This document shows, piece after piece, positions 20,701 through 28,679 of a DNA stretch of 64,000 bases. The stretch is from an uncultured Clostridia bacterium (GTDB lineage Bacteria > Bacillota > Clostridia > Oscillospirales > UMGS1783), in NCBI GenBank assembly GCA_937991645.1, contig CALKPL010000038.1, positions 93,648-157,647 on the forward strand, given 5' to 3'. The notes under the pieces are model-generated. The model was not told the DNA's origin, made no database searches, and saw only the letters and a program-made list of their open reading frames with translations. The translations under genes and the position numbers were made by a program. Every line of letters starts with the position of its first letter. The first letter of the stretch is position 1.

Positions 20701-21356
20701 TCAGGAATGGTCGGAACTCTCCCGTTCCGGATAATACGTTTCTAAAAAACTGCCGAAATATTCAGCTTCTGCCTGCTTGCGGGCCGCAACAGCCTTCTCA
20801 AGCGTATCGTACCGGCCCAGGTAATAACGCTTGCCCTGGAATGTCAGCCGGGAAATCCATTTCTGATTTTCCCGGTCATAATAGACGCCTACAACACCGC
20901 TGCTGTTGCTGCTTGCTTTAGGAACGTTTCGAATCCTTGAAATCTGTGTGCCACCCACATAGCCTGCCGCATTACGCATTTTCTTCACTTTCTGCGCCGT
21001 GGAACAGCCGCAGCTGCTGGTGGTTCCGGCGGTCAGAGAATCCATACGCACCAAAACAATATTGCCGCAGTCACACCGGCATTTTCAAAGAGGCGAACGG
21101 GTAGTTCCGTGCTGTACGATTTTCTGCGTTTTTTCCAATACGGTCAGCTGGCCAAACCGCCGGCCGATATATGACGACGCACGCCGACAGCCACAGCTTG
21201 TCGTATGGCCGCGCCTCAGGTTGCTTCCAGAAACATCTATAATTTTCCCACAAACGCATTGGCACGTCCGTGAAGCGATGAGGAAACTTTATCCGAGCGA
21301 TGTAATACCGTCAGCCAGCCAAATTGTTTACCTGTCAAATCGATCATTCGGCTCAT
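20701..21356 (-). pseudogene. Disrupted AP2-domain / CxCxCG-module DNA-binding protein (phage- or mobile-type)
   Basis: Three frames carry pieces of one protein. (1) MSRMIDLTGKQFGWLTVL.. (2) ..RTCQCVCGKIIDVSGSNLRRGHTTSCGC..GRRFGQLTVLEK..TTRSPL, then TGA. (3) KCRCDCGNIVLV..TSSCGC..GVYYDRENQKWISRLTFQGKRYYLGRYDTLEKAVAARK (AP2-like). There is one frameshift and one in-frame TGA at 21085-21087, where paralogous modules have Trp. Confidence 0.6.
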
Positions 21357-21413
21357 TTCAAAGCACCTCCATCCAACCTGCGTTTCCTTAATCAAGCGAA
21401 CATATTGTGAAGA

Positions 21414-22841
21414 CTATTGTCTGCGCCGTTTCCGACGTATTAAAAGAACAATGACAATAACAGTAACAACACCAATAATTAAAAACACCATATAAGGCGC
21501 CAGTACAATCAGCATTCCGCGCTGAAAGACAGGCGTTTGTGGGTTCGCTTCAGAACAAAGAGTAAACGTAAGTTCTCCGTCAGGCAAGCCTTCCAGATGC
21601 TGATTGTAGCCGGCGTCAGTTCTTTCAAAGCCCTCCGGTCCGCTTTCCGTCATGTAATATGGCGTCCGTACTTCTATATCGAGTGTTCCAAACTCTGCCC
21701 AGGTCTTAGCCGGAGACAGCAGGTACGTATAGGAATATACAGGCGGGTCATAACTGGCGTCGATATTGGGATAGATAGGCGCCGTTACGCTATTCACGAT
21801 TTTCATTCCCGGTTCAATTTCTATTTCATACTCATACCAGCGCATCAACTGGTCACTGATGTCAAAATAAAAATCAGAACCGTGGAGTGCTCCGTGGGAC
21901 CACTCCTGATCATTCATAGACTGCACTACGGCATTATACCAATCGTGTTCCAGGATTCCCGAATCTTCCTCATACTCAAGGAAGACCAGTTCCTTGAGGG
22001 TTACGGTCTCTGTGTCAGCCAGTGTCATGGCGCCGTCGATTTCCTTTTCACAGGCGCCATTTTCGTAAAATCTCCAATCCGGCATCTCCTTCAGTGGTTC
22101 TCCAATGACATTTACCACAAACATTTCGTCCGGATTCACCCAGCCTTCAATCAGCACACCATCTCCCAGTGTCCTTCCGCCGTTCTGTCCTTCCACCAAT
22201 ACTTTTGTTTTTGTCGGATCCGCAGAAAGAACAAAAGCGGCTGTAGCTGCATGGTAAGTCTCCAAATCAACGCCGCTGGATCGATAATATAATCGAGTGA
22301 CCGGCATATCCGGTGAATAGAACGGATCATTCATGTAACCATCATGCAGTTTGGACATATCTTCTTCCAAACCAAACTGATTGCCAAAGTAAGACAATGT
22401 GTGGCGAAGTGTTTTTTCTATGGGAGCACCGTCCACCATGATATCATACTTTTCAGTATCGGTCTTGAGAAAACGTTCTTCGCTATCAGGGTCGGACAAA
22501 TAGCCGTAATCAGGAATGTTTCCGAAAGGAAAAACTAACGTAGCGTTTACCGTATAGTCGGCAGGATTAAAAAATGTGTATTCCGCCGTCACCTTGCCGC
22601 TGTATTGAAGGAACTCCTCCGCGTCATAGTAATACTGCTGCGGGAACTCCTTCACCTCAAAAACCAGCCGTTCGCTTTCCACCTCAATAGGACAGTCATC
22701 ACCGATAATAATTACTCCTGAAGACGTAGTTCCTCTCCAATGAACCTGTGCGGAATTTGCTAAGGCAGGTACAGAGAACATACTTATAACAAGCAGCAAG
22801 GTTATAAAAGCAGCTACTCTCTTTTTCAGCAATTTCACCAC
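21414..22841 (-). CDS. Secreted protein with C-terminal TM anchor, unknown function
   Basis: Signal peptide ..ISMFSVPALANSA. C-terminal helix VFLIIGVVTVIVIVLLI + RRKRRRQ. Confidence 0.75.
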   Translation of the reverse strand: MVKLLKKRVAAFITLLLVISMFSVPALANSAQVHWRGTTSSGVIIIGDDCPIEVESERLVFEVKEFPQQYYYDAEEFLQYSGKVTAEYTFFNPADYTVNATLVFPFGNIPDYGYLSDPDSEERFLKTDTEKYDIMVDGAPIEKTLRHTLSYFGNQFGLEEDMSKLHDGYMNDPFYSPDMPVTRLYYRSSGVDLETYHAATAAFVLSADPTKTKVLVEGQNGGRTLGDGVLIEGWVNPDEMFVVNVIGEPLKEMPDWRFYENGACEKEIDGAMTLADTETVTLKELVFLEYEEDSGILEHDWYNAVVQSMNDQEWSHGALHGSDFYFDISDQLMRWYEYEIEIEPGMKIVNSVTAPIYPNIDASYDPPVYSYTYLLSPAKTWAEFGTLDIEVRTPYYMTESGPEGFERTDAGYNQHLEGLPDGELTFTLCSEANPQTPVFQRGMLIVLAPYMVFLIIGVVTVIVIVLLIRRKRRRQ

Positions 22842-22903
22842 CCCACTTCTTCAGCTAAACACGAGTGGCAGTTTTACTTCAATATGAAACGCAAAAAGAT
22901 TCC

Positions 22904-23176
22904 TTATTTCACTGCATCCTTTAATGCTTTTCCGGCCTTAAAAGATGGCACTTTACATGCCGGAATTTCCACAGACTCTCCCGTTCTCGGATTTTTGCCG
23001 GTTCTTGCAGCACGCTCTTTCACTTCAAAATTACCGAATCCGATAATCTGGATTTTACCCTCGGTCTGAAGCGCCTGCACAATGCAGTCAAATACAGCGT
23101 TCATCGCCGCCTCGGCGTCTTTTTTGCTCAACTCCGTTTTCTCAGCTACAAATGCAGCCATATCCTTTTTGGTCAT
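22904..23176 (-). CDS. hup: HU-family nucleoid DNA-binding protein
   Basis: [30 protein letters not shown]...[25 protein letters not shown] is the HU/IHF signature. AAAGGAG lies 10 nt before the ATG. Confidence 0.9.
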   Translation of the reverse strand: MTKKDMAAFVAEKTELSKKDAEAAMNAVFDCIVQALQTEGKIQIIGFGNFEVKERAARTGKNPRTGESVEIPACKVPSFKAGKALKDAVK

Positions 23177-23512
23177 GCGAATCAAACTCCTTTTCTACCT
23201 TAAGTATATTTGACGCCTACCCCCAACTCCACAACAGCAAACACATCAAAGTTTTTTCTGTTTTCCGCTGTCGAATAAAGGAGCAAATTACCATATCTAT
23301 TATACACTTTATTGCATGCGCTGTAAACCGAAATCCAACTCGTGACATGCTCCCGCCTAAAGATCTGGGAGAACCCTTACTAAATTATGTTGAATTTGAT
23401 ATTCCTAAAACAGCTAAAACAATCAAAGTTTTTGGAATCGAATACAAAAACTATTGATTTTTGATTTCTTTTTGGATATACTAAAAGCATGACGACATAC
23501 GGAGGTGTATAT

Positions 23513-24718
23513 ATGTTAGTTGAGAGAAAAGAATATCTTAATAAGCTGATTGCGTTCAGAGATAAACAAATCATAAAAGTTGTTACGGGAATACGGCGCT
23601 GTGGAAAGTCTACACTTCTTGAAATGTATCAGGACTATTTGCGAAAACAGGGTATTTTGCCGGAACAGATTATCTCAATCAATTTTGAGGATTACGATTA
23701 TGAGGAACTAACGGATGGTGCAAAACTTTACGCATATATCAAAGAAAGATTGGCAAAAGACAAAACAACATATATCTTCCTTGATGAAGTTCACCATGTT
23801 AACGATTTTCCGAGAGTGGTAGACAGTCTGTATATAAAAAAAGGGATAGATTTGTATATCACCGGCTCTAACGCCTATATGCTTTCCAGTGAAATCGCTA
23901 CGCTGATTTCTGGAAGATATGTCCGTATTGAAATGCTGCCGCTTTCCTTTAAGGAATATGTGGAAAGCACAGGGAGCGAAAGTGAGCTTGCGAGAAAATA
24001 TGTGGATTATCTGGAAAACAGCTCTTTTCCATATACCCTTGAGCTTGCAGGTCAGCCGAAAGAAATACGGGATTATCTCGATGGACTATTCAATACAATT
24101 GTGGTTAAGGATATATCTCAAAGAAAGAAAATCAATGATGCGATGATGCTCAGAAGTGTGCTGCGATTTCTCTTTGATAACATCGGAAACCCGCTTTCCT
24201 CGAAGAAGATCGCAGACACAATGACTTCAGACGGTCGAAAGATTGATGTAAAAACTGTAGAGAAGTATATTGAAGCGTTGATGGAAAGCTATGTCATCTA
24301 TCAGGCCAACCGCTACAATGTGAAGGGTAAGCAGTATCTGAAAACGCTTGAGAAGTATTATGTCGTTGACATCGGTATGCGCTATATGCTTCTCGGATTT
24401 CGATCCACCGATGTGGGGCATATCTTAGAGAATGTAATATATCTTGAATTGCTTCGCCGGGGTCTTGAAGTTTATGTCGGCAAGGTCGATGAGTTTGAAG
24501 TTGACTTTGTTGCTATGGACGGCAAGAGGATAACTTATTATCAGGTGGCAGCAACAGTCCGAGATGAGAACACCTTAAAACGGGAGCTTGCACCTTTGCA
24601 AAAGATAGCAGATCACTATCCGAAAGTAATCTTGACACTTGACGATGATCCTGAAGCCGACTACGAAGGTATCCGCCGCGTTAACGCCCTGGACTGGTTG
24701 ATGGGGAAAATAGAATAA
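23513..24718 (+). CDS. AAA-family ATPase with DUF4143-type C-terminus
   Basis: Walker A GIRRCGKST and Walker B IFLDEV. Overall layout is typical of AAA_14 + DUF4143 proteins. GGAGGTG RBS before the ATG at 23513. Confidence 0.8.
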   Translation: MLVERKEYLNKLIAFRDKQIIKVVTGIRRCGKSTLLEMYQDYLRKQGILPEQIISINFEDYDYEELTDGAKLYAYIKERLAKDKTTYIFLDEVHHVNDFPRVVDSLYIKKGIDLYITGSNAYMLSSEIATLISGRYVRIEMLPLSFKEYVESTGSESELARKYVDYLENSSFPYTLELAGQPKEIRDYLDGLFNTIVVKDISQRKKINDAMMLRSVLRFLFDNIGNPLSSKKIADTMTSDGRKIDVKTVEKYIEALMESYVIYQANRYNVKGKQYLKTLEKYYVVDIGMRYMLLGFRSTDVGHILENVIYLELLRRGLEVYVGKVDEFEVDFVAMDGKRITYYQVAATVRDENTLKRELAPLQKIADHYPKVILTLDDDPEADYEGIRRVNALDWLMGKIE

Positions 24719-24894
24719 CAACAAAAAGCAGCAGTTCACATTCTCCATGCTATAGTCATTGAATTGATTTTCTCGCTGGATGCAGTTGTTATCAAAACAC
24801 CTTTTTAAGCGCTGACATGATTTCCGATGCGTAATCAAATACATTTACCTCTTTTTTTAATTTAGAAAGCTTGATAGACAGTATGCTGCCTGAT

Positions 24895-24928
24895 AAGGGA
24901 GACACTTCGTAAGAAAGTTGTCTCCCTT
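24895..24928. repeat. Hairpin element, inverted copy of the one at 59424-59464
   Basis: aagggagaca-N14-tgtctccctt. The reverse complement matches 59428-59460 at all but 3 positions, and the flank similarity extends further. Confidence 0.6.
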
Positions 24929-25014
24929 TGGCTTTGTAGTCGACCGGAATGATTTGGAAAGAGCATCACAGGATTACTCTTTCACAATTTCTAAATATCG
25001 GTCAAGGCGTTCGT

Positions 25015-26280
25015 TTACATACTCTGCAACGAGTAACACCATATGATTCCTGCTTCATCGGTTTCAATTTCGCCGTCTTTATCAAGAAAATATCCCCCGC
25101 AATCCGGGCAGTACCAATACTCTTTGGTGCCGTCCTTAGTGCAGGTCGGGGGTACTGCGTCAAGGTGGTCGAGGTTGTGCAGGGTTTTTACTTTATCTTC
25201 CGGCCAACCGTTCCCTGCGTATCCTGTACCGTCACATGGCACATAAATATTAAGAGTGCTGCACCCAGAAAAAGTATTTTCTTCTATGCTTGGAGCTGTT
25301 TTCCTTGAGAAAGTCATACTACTCAGCTTACTACATCTATAAAATGCATATTCCCCAATGCTTGTGACGGTGGAAGGAATTTCTATATCATCTGTCAAAT
25401 TAAAACAGTCACTGAACGCAGAACTCTGTATAGTGGTAAGCCTGCTCTCTTCAGCAAATTCCACGCTAATAAGATTTTCACAGTTATTAAACGCTTGTAC
25501 TCCAATGATAGTAACAGTTTTCGGAATTGTAATGCTCTTCAATTTATTGCAGCCATAGAACGCACTCTCCCCAATAGTCTCGACTCCCTCCGGAATTTCT
25601 ATGCTTGTCAAATTACTGCAATATGAGAACACACTTTTATTAATATCCTTCAGTTGGCTCTCTTCTGCAAAGGTTACGCTACTCAAATTTGAGCAACGCT
25701 GGAATGCATTCTCCCCAATGGTAGTTACACTAGATGGGATTTTTATGCTCGTCAAACTTGTGCAATATGTGAACGCCTGATTCCCAATGCTTTTGGTTCC
25801 ACTTGGAAATTCTATGCTCGTCAGTTTACCGCAATCATTGAACGCAAAATTATTAATAGTCTCCAGTCGGCTCCCTTCTGCAAAGGTTACGCTATCCAAA
25901 TTTGAACAGCTCTGGAACGCTCTCTCCTCAATGGAAATTACACTGGCTGGGATTTTTACACTTTCTAATTTTTTACAAAGCTGAAACGCTTGGACTCCAA
26001 TACTCTCGATCCCCTCCGGGATCTCTATGCTCGTTAAATTTCCGCAATTAAAGAACGCAGCCTTCCCAATAGCAGTGACCGGCTTTCCCTCTATCTCGTT
26101 CGGAATTACGACGCTCGCTTCGTTTCCTGTATATCCGGTTATGGTCACACTTTCGCCGTTGACTTCATATACCAATCCTTCGGCTGTAGTCTCTCCCGCC
26201 GCAAACACGGTCATGGGCAGCATTCCCAACACCATGCACAGGGACAGCAGCAGCGCCGCCAGTTTCCTTTTTGCTTGAAT
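25015..26280 (-). CDS. BspA-type leucine-rich-repeat surface protein (non-ATG start?)
   Basis: About 10 repeats of ..LTSIEIPEGVETIGESAFYGCNKLKSITIP.. (LRR_5-like). Signal peptide KRKLAALLLSLCMVLGMLPMTVFAAG. C-terminal H..TCTKDGT..YWYCPDCG module. ATT occupies the position homologous to the paralogue's ATG (26278-26280), behind an intact AAGGAGG. Confidence 0.8.
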   Translation of the reverse strand: MQAKRKLAALLLSLCMVLGMLPMTVFAAGETTAEGLVYEVNGESVTITGYTGNEASVVIPNEIEGKPVTAIGKAAFFNCGNLTSIEIPEGIESIGVQAFQLCKKLESVKIPASVISIEERAFQSCSNLDSVTFAEGSRLETINNFAFNDCGKLTSIEFPSGTKSIGNQAFTYCTSLTSIKIPSSVTTIGENAFQRCSNLSSVTFAEESQLKDINKSVFSYCSNLTSIEIPEGVETIGESAFYGCNKLKSITIPKTVTIIGVQAFNNCENLISVEFAEESRLTTIQSSAFSDCFNLTDDIEIPSTVTSIGEYAFYRCSKLSSMTFSRKTAPSIEENTFSGCSTLNIYVPCDGTGYAGNGWPEDKVKTLHNLDHLDAVPPTCTKDGTKEYWYCPDCGGYFLDKDGEIETDEAGIIWCYSLQSM

Positions 26281-26312
26281 TTGGTTTCTCCTCCTTGTCA
26301 AACAAGATTGCT

Positions 26313-26355
26313 TATCCTTTGGTATCCACCAAAGGATAGAAGGGATATCCCTTCT
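26313..26355 (-). promoter_or_regulatory. Twin palindromes in the leader of the LRR gene
   Basis: tatcctttgg-N6-ccaaaggata, immediately followed by the perfect 18-bp palindrome agaagggatatcccttct. Both are conserved in the second copy at 28544-28586. Confidence 0.45.
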
Positions 26356-26356
26356 T

Positions 26357-26427
26357 GAAAAAATACCGGCTGCGCCGGGGCGGGCTGTGGGTTTTGCACG
26401 AAGCCCGCCCGCAGGCGCTTTTGCCGG
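26357..26427 (-). terminator. GC-rich intrinsic terminator after gene 26448-28511
   Basis: The minus strand reads ccggcaaaagcgcctgcgggcgggct..agcccgccccggcgcagccgg followed by tatttttt. Confidence 0.6.
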
Positions 26428-26447
26428 TTTTGTTTTATCTCTCAGCC

Positions 26448-28511
26448 TTATTTCCCGGCCGCCGCCTTTTTCCGCCTGTAGAGCAGCATTCCCAGCACGC
26501 CGCCGCAGGAAGCCAGCATCAGGCCGATCCACAGCGCCATATCGCTGCTGTCCCCGGTCTGTGGGCTTTCTGTTTGCCCAGAAGGCTTGCCCTGCTGTTC
26601 GGGCTTGGCTGGATCGGTTGGCTCAGTCGGGTCGGTAGGAGTGGTCGGGTCAGTAGGATCCGTTGGCTCAGTGGGTTCAACCGGCTCCAAAGAGGAACGA
26701 ACCTGCACATATTTTTCGTTCTGATACTCTGTGCCGGCAGGATCGCCAATAATTTCCTCAGCCGCAGCAGAATCACCGGCCGCTACAACAGGATCGGTGT
26801 AGCCAGATAAGTCAGGTTTCCAGCGCATGGCGCCCTTTCCGCCGCTGGCAGTGACAACCGCTCCGTCGGAGATGGTGAAGATCCCCTTCTGATCGCCGCC
26901 CAATTCACCAGAGATATCTTCCTGGCCAGCAAAGATACCATAGTGCTCGCCGCTTGCAGAAGAGGCATTTACTACGGTTCCGGCTCCGCTGACGATGACA
27001 TCACCGCAGATGCCGTGATCGTTTACGGAAGAAATATTCACCTTCGCTCCGTTAATCGCCGTAAGGTCAGTATTAATGCCCGGAGTGCCGAAACTGGCAT
27101 CCTGAGTTGCATTGTTCTTCGCATTCAGCGTCGCGCCGTCCACCGTCAGTCCGCCGATTGCTCTGACTGCGGCATATGGCTGATCCTGCTCGTCGCTGGA
27201 AAAGTCAACGGTAAGATCTACAGACGCCCCGTCTTCAATGGTAATGGTATTGTTGCCAAACAGGCCGAAATAGGTGCCGCTGGTGGTCAGGCTTCCGTTT
27301 CCTTTGACCGTCATAGCCCCGTGGGAATAAACCGCGGAGTGAGGGAAGTCCCCTTCTCCGGTAATCTGATTCTCACCTTTCAGCACAAGGGTAAAGTTCT
27401 CTTCCTGCGCCCATACAGCGCCGAAGCCGCTGGATGTCAGCTGGGCGTTATCCAGTGTCAAGGTGTTGGCCGCCGGATCATAGTACGCCGTGGCGCCGTC
27501 ACCGTCGGCATCACCCAGAATGTCGCTGGCGTTGGCGCTGGTGACGGTGATGCCGTTCACCTTTACCGCATACGTCTGTACCCCGGATGTTTCTACTTCA
27601 GCCTTGCACACCGTACAAACCCCGTTTGCTATCTGATGCACTCCGTACTGGTCTTTTTCGGCGCAGCCCTCTGCCGTGCAGGCTTTCCAGTGATGTGTGC
27701 CGTCGCTGGTCCAGTCTTCCGCCCAGACATGCTCGTGTTGCTCTTTGTATACCAGCCTGAGATCGTAATATTTATCCACCACCTCATGTACCACTACCAC
27801 AGGTCTTCCCTCAGTGTTTATATATATATACTCTACTGTTCTCGATGAATAAATGCTCTCAAGCTCCGTTTTGACCATCAGGTTATCCCCGGTGACATTC
27901 GCCAGCTCAGGAACCGTTGCCTTATTCCCCTCGAAATAGGCATAGAGCAGATCAATTATGGCTTCTATATCAGCATCATCTGCAGCTTCTATGCCCTCCT
28001 TGTATAGCTTCTGGTCGCTGCCGGGCAAAGCCACATCTACAACTCCCGTATAATGATTAATGATCTCCGTGTTGACTTTAGGTGAGTCGTCTTCAACGAA
28101 TGTCTCTTTGCTCGCGCTGCTCCACTCAGTCCATTCCGTCACATCAAAGCTCGCCGGATTGCCCCGATCGCCGGTGCCGGAAATAGCCTCCCGCGCTTTC
28201 ACCTCCACGCGAAAGTTTGTGGGTTCTGTTAAATCCCCAAACGTTTTAAAGGTATAGTCAGTAGCCTGGCGAACCGTTTCTTTCGCCTTTAGATTCTCAT
28301 CGACGAAAAGGGACACTTCATACTCAAAGATCTCCAGCTCTCCGATGGGTTCCGGCTGGCTCCAGCTGACTTTCAAACCGCTGTTTGTCCACTCCCGCTT
28401 TAAATCTCCCGGAGCAGCCGGCGCACCCGCCGCAAAAGCGGTCATGGGCAGCACTCCCAACACCATACACAGGGAAAGCAGCAACGCCGTCAGTTTCCTT
28501 TTTGCTTGCAT
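26448..28511 (-). CDS. Sortase-anchored surface protein (Fn3-like N-terminal domain, beta-helix-like C-terminal half)
   Basis: ATG at 28511 behind AAGGAGG. Signal peptide MQAKRKLTALLLSLCMVLGVLPMTAFA. C-terminal SPQTGD + hydrophobic helix + RRKKAAAGK. Confidence 0.85.
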   Translation of the reverse strand: MQAKRKLTALLLSLCMVLGVLPMTAFAAGAPAAPGDLKREWTNSGLKVSWSQPEPIGELEIFEYEVSLFVDENLKAKETVRQATDYTFKTFGDLTEPTNFRVEVKAREAISGTGDRGNPASFDVTEWTEWSSASKETFVEDDSPKVNTEIINHYTGVVDVALPGSDQKLYKEGIEAADDADIEAIIDLLYAYFEGNKATVPELANVTGDNLMVKTELESIYSSRTVEYIYINTEGRPVVVVHEVVDKYYDLRLVYKEQHEHVWAEDWTSDGTHHWKACTAEGCAEKDQYGVHQIANGVCTVCKAEVETSGVQTYAVKVNGITVTSANASDILGDADGDGATAYYDPAANTLTLDNAQLTSSGFGAVWAQEENFTLVLKGENQITGEGDFPHSAVYSHGAMTVKGNGSLTTSGTYFGLFGNNTITIEDGASVDLTVDFSSDEQDQPYAAVRAIGGLTVDGATLNAKNNATQDASFGTPGINTDLTAINGAKVNISSVNDHGICGDVIVSGAGTVVNASSASGEHYGIFAGQEDISGELGGDQKGIFTISDGAVVTASGGKGAMRWKPDLSGYTDPVVAAGDSAAAEEIIGDPAGTEYQNEKYVQVRSSLEPVEPTEPTDPTDPTTPTDPTEPTDPAKPEQQGKPSGQTESPQTGDSSDMALWIGLMLASCGGVLGMLLYRRKKAAAGK

Positions 28512-28543
28512 TGTATTTTTCCTCCTTGTCAAATAAGATTGCT

Positions 28544-28586
28544 TATCCTTTGGTAGATATCAAAGGATAGAAGGGATATCCCTTCT
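28544..28586 (-). promoter_or_regulatory. Twin palindromes in the leader of gene 26448-28511
   Basis: tatcctttg-N8-caaaggata plus agaagggatatcccttct. The arms are conserved and the loop differs from copy 1. Confidence 0.45.
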
Positions 28587-28587
28587 T

Positions 28588-28658
28588 GAAAAAGATACCG
28601 GCTGCGCCGGGGCGGGCTGTGGTTTTTGCACGAAGCCCGCCCGCAGGCGCTTTTGCCG
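28588..28658 (-). terminator. GC-rich intrinsic terminator after gene 28680-30980
   Basis: Same hairpin as 26357-27 followed by a T-run on the minus strand. Confidence 0.6.
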
Positions 28659-28679
28659 GTTTTGTTTTATCTCTCAGCC

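Larger units (their letters stand above)
26196..26567. repeat. Direct repeat copy 1 (anchor tail + terminator + leader + signal peptide cassette)
   Basis: Aligns base-for-base by eye with 28426-28799, with scattered substitutions and 1-2 nt indels. Confidence 0.85.

Noticed and set aside
21085-21087. In-frame TGA considered as recoding (Trp/Sec/Gly reassignment)
   Set aside because: The many other genes in the window that end in TGA terminate at sensible positions. The same gene also carries a frameshift. No SECIS-like context was noticed. A nonsense mutation is the simplest explanation.
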